DNA of 64,000 nt from a bacterium (GCA_004558975.1 SFZB01000002.1:2836-66835), one strand, 5' to 3'; positions 1 through 12,342 are shown, counted from the first letter of the stretch. Made by a program: numbers and translations. The notes: generated from the letters alone by a model not told the origin.

Positions 1-1491
1 GCCGGGCTCTCCGGACTGCTGGAGGGGGTGCCGACCACCGGCGACTACGATATTGCGCTCTACCTGCACGACCGCATCATTGGAAAAGCCGATTACGCCT
101 ATGTTGCGGGTACGACCGACGCGGAGGACACGCTCGACGCCCATTCCGTCGCCGGGTGCTTTTTCGACGGGCGGGTCGTCTGCGAGGGGTACGCGAAACT
201 GTTTGAGGCATGCCTGAATGCCCGCGGCGTGGAGAACCGCTTCGTCACCGGCACGGCAAACGGCGGCGGGCACGCGTGGAATCTCGTACGCATCGGTGAC
301 GCCGGCTGGTACTGGTGCGACCTGACATGGGACGACGCCCCCGAGAAGACCTCCGGGCGTCTCTACAACTATTTTCTGAAAACCGACGGGGAGAACACCG
401 GCGGCAGTGCGGACGGCGGCTATACCTACGGGGACAGCACCTTTGCCGGCACCCACACGCCGGGGGATGCGACCCTCGGGATTGCGTACCAGTATCCGCT
501 CCCCGCACGCGCCGAAACGCCCGTCGGGGAGAGTGACCAAGTCGAGGGCGTGCTGCTCCTGCGCGGCACCGTCAATGTCGAGGGGGCAATTTACGCCCGC
601 GTCGGTGCGGAAGAAGTACAGCTCACGGCACTCGCATCGGACGCGGCGGGCGAGGTGACGATCCCTGCCGGCATCAGCCTTGACGGCATGAAGTATCGGG
701 TGGTCGCCATCGGCGCGCAGAACGAAAAGGGGCTCTTCGGCTCCGGCGCCATCGCGGAGATGGCGCAGAGCATTACCTCGGTTACGCTGCCGTCGACTCT
801 GCGCACCGTCTGGTACGGAGCGCTCGCCCTGCCGACGCTCACCGAGATTAAGGTCAACGGCGGCACATCTTTCAAGAGTATTGGCGGCGTCTTGTACAGC
901 GGCGACGGAAAGGTGCTGGTGCAGTATCCGTTCGGTATGGATGCGAGCGGGCGGTTCGATATGCCGGGTCATGTGCAGACCGTCGCCTCGGGTGCTTTCG
1001 GGTACGTCGGCGCCGACGGGACGGTGAAAGCGGCGCATCTTTCCGTCATTTCGCTCGGGGGGGCGTTGGAATATTTCGGCGTCCGCGAACGCGGCTACGG
1101 TTATTCTCACAATGCCGAGACGCGGGAAAATACGGCGCAGGAGTTGGGACTGCTCGTCCTTCTTCAGAGCGGCGTGCTGACGTTCTCGGTGCCGAGCGGT
1201 GTGCAGAAGTTTGTTTTGGCAGGCGACGGAGAAGTGCTGTCCAAAGACGAGACGGTGCTGTATCTCGTGAGGAATCGTCTGCAGACGGACGTGACGGAAT
1301 ACACGATCGGCGCGGACGTGACCGCGATCGCAGACTATGCTTTCGTCACCGCCCCGAATCTGACGTCGCTTTCCTTTGCGGGGACGGTCGAGGCGTTCGA
1401 GGCGCTGGTGGAGAACAGCGGCAGTCTTTGGGCAAGCGGACTGAAGGTCACGAGCGTCACTTGCCTGGACGGCACCTATACCGTCCGATAA
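1..1491 (+). CDS. Transglutaminase-like cysteine protease domain fused to BspA-type leucine-rich repeats (surface protein), 5' partial
   Basis: Frame is open from base 1. Cys/His/Asp triad context (VCEGYAKLF, GGGHAWNLV, CDLTWDD). C-terminal half has repeated 'I..I...AF..C..L..V.LP' LRR units. Confidence 0.75.
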   Translation, partial: AGLSGLLEGVPTTGDYDIALYLHDRIIGKADYAYVAGTTDAEDTLDAHSVAGCFFDGRVVCEGYAKLFEACLNARGVENRFVTGTANGGGHAWNLVRIGDAGWYWCDLTWDDAPEKTSGRLYNYFLKTDGENTGGSADGGYTYGDSTFAGTHTPGDATLGIAYQYPLPARAETPVGESDQVEGVLLLRGTVNVEGAIYARVGAEEVQLTALASDAAGEVTIPAGISLDGMKYRVVAIGAQNEKGLFGSGAIAEMAQSITSVTLPSTLRTVWYGALALPTLTEIKVNGGTSFKSIGGVLYSGDGKVLVQYPFGMDASGRFDMPGHVQTVASGAFGYVGADGTVKAAHLSVISLGGALEYFGVRERGYGYSHNAETRENTAQELGLLVLLQSGVLTFSVPSGVQKFVLAGDGEVLSKDETVLYLVRNRLQTDVTEYTIGADVTAIADYAFVTAPNLTSLSFAGTVEAFEALVENSGSLWASGLKVTSVTCLDGTYTVR

Positions 1492-1536
1492 GGAACCGAG
1501 CCGGTGCCTGACGGCATCGGGAAATGGCAATACTGA

Positions 1537-1576
1537 CAGAGAGGAACCGGGTCTTTCGGCTCCTCTCTGCTTTTTT
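1537..1576 (+). terminator. Rho-independent terminator after the LRR/transglutaminase gene
   Basis: Stem cagagagga/tcctctctg with an inner ccg/cgg pairing, followed by cTTTTTT. Confidence 0.6.
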
Positions 1577-1669
1577 GTCGCTTTCGTTTTTTCGGGCTTT
1601 TGCGTCGGGACGTGTTTTTTTCGCCTCTTTTGTGCATATCATAGACAAAGACAAAAAGGGGGCATCGCC

Positions 1670-2395
1670 ATGGGGAAAAGAGCGATTGCGAAAGCGGCAG
1701 GGCGTCGGCGAGGCGGCAAAGGCGCGCCGTGGGACGAACACCGGGAGGCACCGACGCGGGGACAACGGGAGATCTTCCGCGAGGGGGAAGTACCCGTACT
1801 CGATATCAGCGTGGAATTGCCGTCCGGTGACGCTTTTCCCGATGCCGTAGTCAATTACTACGGGGCGCTCGAGGACGCTTACCGGGAGGCTTGCCGCGAA
1901 CGGCTCCTGCCTGCCGCGCGGGCGGCGCTCCTCTCCCTGCCGGAGGAGACGCGGCGCTTCGGGTTCCGCCGCTTTCGTTTCTCCGTGCGCTTCCAAAGTG
2001 CGGTGCGCGGGGCTTATCTGCTCGTGACGCGCGTCGCCACGCTGAACTTCCCCGGCGGAACACAGCGTCGGGAGGTGTGCGAGGTGTTCACGCTCCCGGA
2101 CGGGCGGCTCACACCCCCGCTCTTATTCCTGCGGGGGGCGGTCGGTAGGCTCCCGCGCGGAGCGCGCCGGTTCCGGCGGGCGACGCTGACCCTGTCCGGG
2201 GACGACGCAGTGCTGGCTGCGCGCGGCGGGCGTACCCTGCGCGTGCCGCTTGCCGATCCGGTGGCAGAAGATGCCGAAACGGGGGAAGCCGTAGCCGCGA
2301 CTTCCGCGACGCCGCAGGAAAATGCGGCAAAGGCGACGATGCCGGAAGAGAGCGGCGGCAAAGGCTTTCGGAAGCGCAAAAAGCATGCAGGCTGA
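1670..2395 (+). CDS. Hypothetical protein with very basic N- and C-termini
   Basis: 241-aa ORF with SD aaggggg 7 nt before the ATG. Non-repetitive middle (DISVELPSGDAFPDAVVNYYGALEDAYREACR...). I recognise no family. Confidence 0.45.
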   Translation: MGKRAIAKAAGRRRGGKGAPWDEHREAPTRGQREIFREGEVPVLDISVELPSGDAFPDAVVNYYGALEDAYREACRERLLPAARAALLSLPEETRRFGFRRFRFSVRFQSAVRGAYLLVTRVATLNFPGGTQRREVCEVFTLPDGRLTPPLLFLRGAVGRLPRGARRFRRATLTLSGDDAVLAARGGRTLRVPLADPVAEDAETGEAVAATSATPQENAAKATMPEESGGKGFRKRKKHAG

Positions 2396-2442
2396 CGAGG
2401 AGCGAGACGGAGGAGACGGCGACAAATGTTAACGGTTTGTCC

Positions 2443-2471
2443 TTGATTTTCCAAATGAAAAAAGTTATAAT
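2443..2471 (+). promoter_or_regulatory. Sigma-70-type promoter of the atp operon
   Basis: TTGATT (2443-2448), 17-nt spacer, TATAAT (2466-2471), in an AT-rich patch about 55 nt upstream of atpZ. Confidence 0.5.
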
Positions 2472-2525
2472 ATTTATAACTGCTTTTGATCATCTTCCGC
2501 ACAGCACGGAGAAAGGAGCCACGCC

Positions 2526-2948
2526 ATGGCACAGCCGTCGTCACGTTTCCGTGCGCTGTCCGGGATCCTCGCCGTGGGGCAACTGGGCATCAGCCTGATC
2601 GTACCCATTCTTCTGTTCACGGCGCTCGGGGTATGGCTCTCTGACCGCTTCGGTCTCGGCGTGTGGCTGACCGTCCTCTGTATCGTCGTCGGGGTCATCA
2701 CGGCGGGCTGTACCTTTTACCGTACCGCACGGGAGTTCCTCGCGCGACAGCGCGCAGAGGACAAGCCGCGGGGGAGCGGCGAACCGCCGACCGGGGCGGG
2801 AGAGACAACGCCCACTGCTTTGCCCGGGATCGGAGAGGTTCCCTCTGCCGACACGTCACAGGTCAAGAAAAATACCAAGATTACCGGCGGCGGGTGCCCG
2901 GACGGCGCCCGTTCCGACCGTTATCATCAAGGAGGAGACAACACATGA
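2526..2948 (+). CDS. atpZ: AtpZ/AtpI-family small membrane protein preceding the ATP synthase genes, with a low-complexity C-terminal tail
   Basis: Two predicted TM helices (LGISLIVPILLFTALGVWL, WLTVLCIVVGVITAG). SD ggagaaaggag. Stop overlaps the next start (ATGA). Position is first in the atp operon. Confidence 0.65.
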   Translation: MAQPSSRFRALSGILAVGQLGISLIVPILLFTALGVWLSDRFGLGVWLTVLCIVVGVITAGCTFYRTAREFLARQRAEDKPRGSGEPPTGAGETTPTALPGIGEVPSADTSQVKKNTKITGGGCPDGARSDRYHQGGDNT

Positions 2949-3589
2949 AAACCATGACCCCCCTGCAACGCTCGACTGTTCAGATGTCCGTCGGGGTGGC
3001 GATCCTGACCGCGATCACCGAGGTGATCTATGTCATCCTTTGCCTTGCTCTGCCGTCTCTTTCCTACACATGGAAATTCACCGTCGGCAACATCTTCATG
3101 GCGGGCATTATGTGTGTGAATTTCTATCTCATGGCACGCGGGATTTACCATGCGGTCGACATGGGAGACGAGGAATACGCAAGGCGTCAGATCCGCCTGA
3201 GCCACACCGTGCGCTCCATTGTGTTCGTCCTCGCGCTCGTCTCCTGCTTCCTGCTCGGATACGGGTTCGGACCGCACAGCGAATTCCGGTATGAATCCGG
3301 CATCGCCGCCTGCATCTCGGTGCTGTACCCGCAGCTGACGATCTTCGCCCTCCGTATGTCCGGCAAGATCGGTACGGACGAGCCCGGCGCGGTTGCCGCG
3401 GACGCAGCGGCGCCGACCGAAGCCGCGGACGCCCCGACCCTCTCCGATGCGGCGACGCACGAGGCGGTATCGGCGCCGGCGGACACGCACCGGGCGGGTG
3501 ACGCCGGGGTGAACGGTGAGACAAGCCCGACCGCCGGAACCGACGGGTCGACGCAGCCGCCGACGACAGACGGCAGGGAGGAACCATGA
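2945..3589 (+). CDS. atpI: ATP synthase protein I (AtpI-like) with an Ala/Thr/Pro-rich tail
   Basis: Start re-picked at ATG 2945 (MKTMTPLQRS...). Four hydrophobic segments. ATGA overlap with atpB. Sits between atpZ and atpB. Confidence 0.65.
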   Translation: MKTMTPLQRSTVQMSVGVAILTAITEVIYVILCLALPSLSYTWKFTVGNIFMAGIMCVNFYLMARGIYHAVDMGDEEYARRQIRLSHTVRSIVFVLALVSCFLLGYGFGPHSEFRYESGIAACISVLYPQLTIFALRMSGKIGTDEPGAVAADAAAPTEAADAPTLSDAATHEAVSAPADTHRAGDAGVNGETSPTAGTDGSTQPPTTDGREEP

Positions 3590-4590
3590 CGAAAACCATC
3601 CGATTCCGCCTGATAGACGCGCTGCTCATCGCCATGATGATCCTGCCGTTTATCGGCTGTATCGTGCTCAAAGTGCTGTTCACGCCCCCGTCGGAGGGTG
3701 TCTCCGTCACGGGACCGCTCGTGTACCTGCAACTGGGCATCAAGCCGCAACCGCTCTACATCACCGAGGCGACCATGGTGTCCCTCGCGGTCATCATCGC
3801 CGTCTTTGCCCTGTGCCTCTACCTGACGCACGGGCTCTCCGTCGAGTGCCGCACCAAGCGGCAGCTCATCGCCGAGATGATCGTCGAGAAGGTCACCGAC
3901 TTCGTGACCGGGAACATGGGGATGCGCTTCGTCGGTTTCGCGCCCTTCGTCGCGGCGATCCTCGCGCTCTCCGCCCTCTCGAGCCTGTCCTCGCTCCTCG
4001 GGCTTTTCCCGCCGACGTCGGACATCAATATCGTCGCCGGGTGGGCGATCCTCGTCTTTATCCTGATGACGCATTACAAACTGAGGGGCGGCGTCGGGCA
4101 TTATCTCAAGAGCTTCGGCGATCCGATCCCGATTTTCTACCCGTTCAACGTGTTCTCCGAGGTGGCGACGCCGGTCTCCATGACCTTCCGTCATTACGGG
4201 AACATTCTGTCGGGCGGCGTCATCACGGCGCTGATCGCGACGGCGCTCGCGGGGCTGTCCTCAAAGATTCTGGGGCTGTTCTCGGGTGCCGGATGGTACA
4301 CGACCTATATCGCGACGATCCCCTTCCTGCGCGTCGGGCTCCCGGCGGTGCTGTCGATCTATTTCGACGTGTTCAGCGGGTGCCTGCAGGCGTTCATCTT
4401 CGCGATGCTGACGATGCTGAACATCTCGGGCGGGTATCCCGAGGAGGAAGCCGCTGCGCGGGCGGCGAAGCGCGAGGCGCGGCGCACGAAACGTCTGGCG
4501 AAAAAGACGGAGAAACGGGTCGCAAAAGGCGCGGGGGCGGCGACCATCGGGGTGCTTACCTCGCCGGATACCCCGGACGAAGAAAAGTGA
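3586..4590 (+). CDS. atpB: F0F1 ATP synthase subunit a
   Basis: Polytopic membrane protein with the conserved a-subunit Arg region (MTFRHYGNILSGGVI). Operon context. Basic C-terminal extension of about 60 aa. Confidence 0.9.
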   Translation: MTKTIRFRLIDALLIAMMILPFIGCIVLKVLFTPPSEGVSVTGPLVYLQLGIKPQPLYITEATMVSLAVIIAVFALCLYLTHGLSVECRTKRQLIAEMIVEKVTDFVTGNMGMRFVGFAPFVAAILALSALSSLSSLLGLFPPTSDINIVAGWAILVFILMTHYKLRGGVGHYLKSFGDPIPIFYPFNVFSEVATPVSMTFRHYGNILSGGVITALIATALAGLSSKILGLFSGAGWYTTYIATIPFLRVGLPAVLSIYFDVFSGCLQAFIFAMLTMLNISGGYPEEEAAARAAKREARRTKRLAKKTEKRVAKGAGAATIGVLTSPDTPDEEK

Positions 4591-4660
4591 TGCCCCGCCT
4601 CACCCGGTGACGCCGCAAGGGCGCGCGGTATCGGGAACCCCGAAAACAGAAGATCGATAA

Positions 4661-4990
<330 letters not shown>

Positions 4991-5011
4991 GCCGGGAGAC
5001 AGGGGAAGCAC

Positions 5012-5545
5012 ATGATGACTTTCATGCTCGCGAAAGAGTCGTTGGACGTCATTTATATCAACATCTGGGCGATCGTCATTTCGCTTGTCAATCTCCTGAT
5101 TCTGTTCCTGCTCTTAAAAAAGTTCCTCTTTAAGCCCGTGACCCGCATCATGGCGGAGCGGCGCGCCAAAGTGGATGCCATCGTCTCGGACGCGGAAGCG
5201 GCACGGGCGGCGGCGGAGGCGGACAAAGCCGCCTATGCCGAACGTATGGCGGCGGCAGACGCAGACGCTGCGGAGGTCATCCGCCGCGCGACGGCGACCG
5301 CTACGCGGGAGTCGGAGGCGATCGTCGCCACGGCGCGTGAGCGCGCCGCCGCCGTCAAGAAGCAGGCGGAGAGCGACATCGCGCAGGAGAAGAAAAAAGC
5401 GGTCAACGAACTCAAAGGCGAAATTTCCGATATTTCCATGACGATTGCCGAGCAGGTGGTCGGGCGGGAAGTGACGCCCGCGGATCATCACGCGATGATT
5501 GACGCGTTCATCGCCGGCATGGACAGCGGTGACAGCCATGCATAA
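5012..5545 (+). CDS. atpF: F0F1 ATP synthase subunit b
   Basis: N-terminal TM helix followed by a long Ala/Glu/Lys/Arg-rich helix. Operon position. Confidence 0.9.
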   Translation: MMTFMLAKESLDVIYINIWAIVISLVNLLILFLLLKKFLFKPVTRIMAERRAKVDAIVSDAEAARAAAEADKAAYAERMAAADADAAEVIRRATATATRESEAIVATARERAAAVKKQAESDIAQEKKKAVNELKGEISDISMTIAEQVVGREVTPADHHAMIDAFIAGMDSGDSHA

Positions 5546-6071
5546 CGCGGCAGAAGAATACGGCAGGGCGCTCTTCGACCTCGCGGCGGAGGGTGACGGA
5601 GACGTCATCGAGCGCGATGCCAAGGCGGTGCTCGCCGCCTTCACGGCGGCGCCGGAATATATCCGCCTGCTCGAAAATCCGGGGATCCCGGAAGAGAAGC
5701 GCCGCGCCGCGCTGACTCGCGCCGTCGCGGGCGCACACCCGTACCTTGCAAATACGCTTTGTCTGCTCCTTGACCGCTCGCGCGCCGGACAGATTCCGGC
5801 GGTGCTCGAGGCGTTCCTCGCCGAGCGGCGGGCGGCACGCGGAGAGGTCACGGCAAAGGTGGAGACGGCGATGCCGCTCACCGACGGGGAAAAAGCGGCG
5901 CTCGCCGACGCGCTCTCACACAAATACGGAAAGACCGTCACCCTGCGGGAGACGGTAGACCCCCGCCTCATCGGCGGCATCCGCGTCTATATCGAGGGGG
6001 AACTCCTCGACGATACCCTCCGGCACCGGCTCGACGACATCGGCGGGCGGCTCTCGGAGACGGTACTGTAA
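5538..6071 (+). CDS. atpH: F0F1 ATP synthase subunit delta (OSCP)
   Basis: Start re-picked at ATG 5538 ([16 protein letters not shown]...). C-terminal ...[24 protein letters not shown] is typical of delta. Confidence 0.85.
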   Translation: MHNAAEEYGRALFDLAAEGDGDVIERDAKAVLAAFTAAPEYIRLLENPGIPEEKRRAALTRAVAGAHPYLANTLCLLLDRSRAGQIPAVLEAFLAERRAARGEVTAKVETAMPLTDGEKAALADALSHKYGKTVTLRETVDPRLIGGIRVYIEGELLDDTLRHRLDDIGGRLSETVL

Positions 6072-6090
6072 ACGAGAAAGGATTCGTCCC

Positions 6091-7613
6091 ATGAATCTTC
6101 GTCCGGAAGAAATCAGTAAGATTATCAAAGAACAGATTCGCTCCTACCGCGCCGAGACCGATCAGGCGGAGGTGGGCACCGTCGTCCTCGTCGGCGACGG
6201 CATCGCGCGCGTTTTCGGTCTCGACAACTGTATGGCGAACGAGCTTGTCGCCTTTGACGGCGGTGCGCTCGGCATGGCGCTCAACCTCGAGGAGAGCGCC
6301 GTCTCCGTCGTCCTGCTCTCCGGGGGGGATACCCTGAAGGAAGGCACCGTCGCGCGCCGCACCGGTAAGGTCGTCAGCGTCCCCGTCGGGGAGAAACTGC
6401 TCGGGCGCGTCGTGGACGCGCTGGGACAGCCCATTGACGGGCGGGGTCCCATCGACTATGAGACGACGCGCCCCATCGAGAGCGACGCGCCGGGCATCAT
6501 CAAGCGCAAGAGCGTCAGCGTACCGCTCCAGACAGGCATCAAGGCAATCGACTCCATGGTGCCGATCGGGCGCGGTCAGCGTGAGCTCATCATCGGCGAC
6601 CGCGGCACCGGTAAGACGACCGTCGCCGTCGATACCATCCTCAATCAGCGCGACACCGGCGTGCTCTGCGTCTATGTCGCGATCGGACAGAAGGAATCGA
6701 CCGTCGCGGGGCTCGTCGAGACGCTGACGGCGGGGGGCGCCATGGCGTACACGACCGTCGTCTCCGCCTCCGCCTCCGACCCCGCCGCGCTCCAGTACAT
6801 CGCGCCCTATGCGGGGTGTGCCATGGCGGAGCATCTGATGGCGAAGGGGCGCGACGTGCTGATCGTCTATGACGATCTGTCCAAGCACGCGGTCGCGTAC
6901 CGCGCACTCTCCTTGCTCATTCGCCGTCCGCCGGGACGTGAGGCATACCCCGGCGACGTCTTCTACCTGCATTCCCGTCTCCTCGAGCGCGCGGCGCGCG
7001 TCGGTGAGAAATGGGGCGGCGGGAGCCTGACCGCCCTGCCGATCATCGAGACGCAGGCGGGCGACGTCTCGGCGTATATCCCGACCAACGTCATTTCCAT
7101 CACGGACGGGCAGATCTTCCTCGAGACCGAACTCTTCCACTCGGGCGTCATGCCGGCGGTCAACCCCGGTATCTCCGTCTCCCGTGTCGGCGGCAGTGCG
7201 CAGATCAAGGCGATGAAAAAGGTCGCCGGGTCGCTCAAGCTCCTGTATTCCCAGTACCGCGAACTCGAGGCGTTCGCCCAGTTCGGCTCCGACCTCGACG
7301 CGGACACCAAGCGGCGTCTCGCACAGGGCGCGCGCATCGTCGAAGTGCTGAAACAGGATAAATCCTCGCCCGTGCCGGTGGAATATCAGGTGGCGATCCT
7401 CTTCGCCGCCGTGCATGAGTTGCTCGGCGATATTCCGCTCGATATGCTCCGTTCCTACGAAAAGGGGCTGTACCTCTATCTCGACGTGCACGCGACCGAC
7501 GTCCTGTACCGCATCCGCACGACGGGGGCGCTCTCCGACGAGGATGCCGAGGGACTCCGTGCGGCGATCGAAGCGTATAACGTCGCCTTCCTCAGCGGGG
7601 AGATGGAAACGGT

Positions 7614-7617
<4 letters not shown>
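6091..7617 (+). CDS. atpA: F0F1 ATP synthase subunit alpha
   Basis: [16 protein letters not shown] start and Walker A GDRGTGKT. Alpha-subunit similarity throughout. Confidence 0.98.
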
Positions 7618-9868
<2,251 letters not shown>

Positions 9869-9877
9869 GGTGGTGCC

Positions 9878-10159
9878 ATGAGCGTATTTCATCTGGAGAT
9901 TGCCGCGCCGGACGGGAAAATGTACGACGGAGACGCCTATATGCTTTCGCTCCGCGGGATCGAGGGCGAACTCGCCATTCTGCCGGGGCATATCCCGTTC
10001 GTGACCGCGCTCGCCCCCGGGGCGGTGCGCGTCTACCCCGCGAAGGATGCCGCGCCCCGCGTGGGGTATGCATCCGGCGGGTGTCTGACCGTCTCGCCGA
10101 ACGGTACGCGTCTGCTCGCTGCCGACTTCTCATGGGACGGGGAGCCGCCGCGAAAATGA
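9878..10159 (+). CDS. atpC: F0F1 ATP synthase subunit epsilon, short form (N-terminal beta-sandwich only)
   Basis: LEIAAPDGKMYDGDAYMLSLRGIEGELAILPGHIPFVTAL is the epsilon N-domain. The ORF stops after 93 aa. Confidence 0.85.
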   Translation: MSVFHLEIAAPDGKMYDGDAYMLSLRGIEGELAILPGHIPFVTALAPGAVRVYPAKDAAPRVGYASGGCLTVSPNGTRLLAADFSWDGEPPRK

Positions 10160-10277
10160 CGGGCGTCCCGGTCGCACGGGACGCGGGAACGGAGCGCGAC
10201 AGCGACGGTAACAGTGACAGCGACAGCGACGGTAAAACGCCGCCTGCACGCAAAACGAATCAACGCCCCGACAAAAA

Positions 10278-10306
10278 GGCTGTTCCGTGAGCGGAACAGC
10301 CTTTTT
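10278..10306 (+). terminator. Rho-independent terminator of the atp operon
   Basis: ggctgttccg / cggaacagcc stem, 4-nt loop, then TTTTT. Confidence 0.75.
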
Positions 10307-10432
10307 GCGTTTCGGGGTGCGCGCCGTACACGGAGCAAGCGTGCTTGATTGAATGCGTGCCGCTTTGTTCGGGAAAGTGCCGCTTTTTGGGGAGGTATCG
10401 CTCCGCCATAGGCGGCGGGCGCGGAAATCAGA

Positions 10433-10480
10433 CAGGGAGATGCCCGTTTTTTCGGGCATCTCCCTGTGCTTTTGGTTTTC
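10433..10480. terminator. Strong hairpin (14-bp stem), terminator-like on both strands
   Basis: cagggagatgcccg-tttttt-cgggcatctccctg, then tgcttttggtttt on the + strand. Lies between the convergent atpC and pepF. Confidence 0.5.
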
Positions 10481-10527
10481 GGAATTGTTCCCGCATGACC
10501 GGGAGCGGACGTCGGGGTCTCCCCGTC

Positions 10528-10615
10528 GGGCGGTCACGCGCAGAGCGGGCGGTCACGCGCAGAGCGGGCGGTCACGCGCAGAGCGGGCGATTACGCGCAG
10601 AGCGGGGGCGGTCAG
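10528..10615. repeat. Tandem 19-bp direct repeat, 4 full copies plus a partial fifth
   Basis: Unit gggcggtcacgcgcagagc at 10528, 10547 and 10566 (all identical) and at 10585 (2 mismatches). A degenerate partial copy follows. The region is intergenic. Confidence 0.9.
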
Positions 10616-10641
10616 GGTGCCGGGGGCACGGGGGGGCGGAA

Positions 10642-12342
10642 TCAGACGATGCCGGTGAGGTCAAAGTGCTTCAGCCAGTTGTCCGCGACCCTCGCGACGC
10701 CGGAGAGACACTTCTCGTCGAACGGGCTGTCCAGCCCCGCCTCGCGGAGCAGGTCGGTAAAGACGCGGCTGCCGCCCTGTCTCGTGTACGCCATGTAGGC
10801 GTCCCATGCCTCGGGCAGGCTCTTCTGCATCTTCGCCCAGATTTCGAGGGCGACGGTCTGCGCCAGGCAGTAGTCGATGTAGTAGAACGGGCTCGAATAG
10901 ATATGATGCTGTCTCTGCCAGCCCTCGCCGTCCCCGTAGAACGGGATATCGCCGAGTTTCACCCACGGCATATACTCGCCGAGCAGTTGCTTCCAGACGG
11001 CGTGCCGCTCCGCGGGCGTGAGGTTCGGCTGTTCGTAGACGATGTGCTGGAAGTGGTCGACCATCGTGCCGTAAGGAATGAAGGTCAGAGCGCCGGAGAG
11101 GTGACTGTAATAGAATTTACGCGTATCGGCGCCGAAGAATCCCTCCGCCCAGTTCCACGCGAGAAATTCCATGGACATGGAGTGCACCTCGCACCCCTCG
11201 AGCGTCGGGAGGGCGGTAGAGGCGGGGACGCGGTCACGGTTGAGGTAAGCGGCGAAGGCGTGACCTGCCTCATGCGTGACCGTCTCAACGTCGTCACGCG
11301 TGCCGTTGAAGTTGGCGAAAATAAAGGGAACGCCGTATTCGCGGATCTCCTCGCAGTAGCCGCCACCCGCTTTTCCCTCGGTCGAGAGGACGTCGAGCAG
11401 CTGATTCTCCAGCATCATGCGGAAAAAGGCGCCCGTCTCGGGCGAGAGCGCATCGTAGAACTCGCGCGCGTGGGCAAGAATGCCGTCGGCGTCGAGGACG
11501 GGGTTCGGGTTGCCGGAGCGGAAGGCGAGGGCGTTGTCCGCGAAGTTCATGGGGTAGGTCTTGCCGAGGCGCTTCGCCTGCTCCCGGTAAATGCCGTCTG
11601 CAAGCGGAACGACGTATTTCCGTACCGCGGCGCGGAACTTCTCCACATCCTCCTTGGTATAGCAGTTGCGCCCCATGCGGTCGTAGCCGAGCGGGATATA
11701 GTTCTCATATCCGAGTTTGCGCCCCATGGCGTCGCGCAGGTGGACGAGGCGGTCATAGATACCGTCGAGCGCCTCGCGGTGCTCGCGGTACCACGTCCCC
11801 TCTGCCTGCCATGCGGCAAGGCGGCGGGCATCGTCCGGGTCGTTCTTGAGCGGGAAGAGCTGGGCGATCGTGTAGGTCTTGCCTTCAAAAGGGATCTGCG
11901 CCGAGGCGAGCAGTTTCTCGTACTCCTGCGTCAGGTCGTTCTCCTCCTGGAGTTCGGGTACGATCGCGGGGGAGAAAGAGCGGAACTCGATCTCGGCGTT
12001 CTTAAACATAACGTCGCCGTATTCACGGGCGAAGTCGGGGCGGAAAGCGCTGTCGAGCATGGCTTTCGTCCACGCCTGTGAGGTCTCGCCAAGGGCGGGC
12101 ATCGCGGCGTTCCAGAACTTCATCTCGCCGTCATAGAAAGCGTCGCGCGTGTCAATCGAGTGACGGATGTAGGCGAGCGCAAAGAGCGTCTGGATATGGG
12201 AGGACAGCTTTTCCTCTTCGAGGAATACCTGTTTGGCTTCGTCATAGGTCTTTGCCGCACGCAGGGCGGCGGTGAGGGACTCGAGGTGCTGTTTCACCTC
12301 GTCCATATCGGGTCTTTCATAGGGCATTTCGGGGAATTTCAT
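10642..12342 (-). CDS. pepF: Oligoendopeptidase F (M3B family)
   Basis: HEAGHAF zinc motif and M3B-like sequence throughout. Start re-picked at ATG 12342 (MKFPEMPYERPD) with SD ggaggt 5-6 nt upstream. Confidence 0.92.
   Translation of the reverse strand: MKFPEMPYERPDMDEVKQHLESLTAALRAAKTYDEAKQVFLEEEKLSSHIQTLFALAYIRHSIDTRDAFYDGEMKFWNAAMPALGETSQAWTKAMLDSAFRPDFAREYGDVMFKNAEIEFRSFSPAIVPELQEENDLTQEYEKLLASAQIPFEGKTYTIAQLFPLKNDPDDARRLAAWQAEGTWYREHREALDGIYDRLVHLRDAMGRKLGYENYIPLGYDRMGRNCYTKEDVEKFRAAVRKYVVPLADGIYREQAKRLGKTYPMNFADNALAFRSGNPNPVLDADGILAHAREFYDALSPETGAFFRMMLENQLLDVLSTEGKAGGGYCEEIREYGVPFIFANFNGTRDDVETVTHEAGHAFAAYLNRDRVPASTALPTLEGCEVHSMSMEFLAWNWAEGFFGADTRKFYYSHLSGALTFIPYGTMVDHFQHIVYEQPNLTPAERHAVWKQLLGEYMPWVKLGDIPFYGDGEGWQRQHHIYSSPFYYIDYCLAQTVALEIWAKMQKSLPEAWDAYMAYTRQGGSRVFTDLLREAGLDSPFDEKCLSGVARVADNWLKHFDLTGIV

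Noticed and set aside
10160-10270. A missing epsilon C-terminal domain encoded downstream of atpC in another frame (a frameshift).
   Set aside because: None of the three forward frames encodes a helical, epsilon-like sequence, and a strong terminator follows.
10528-10615. The 19-bp repeat array as a possible CRISPR array.
   Set aside because: The units are directly abutting with no spacers, the unit is too short, and there are no cas genes in the window.
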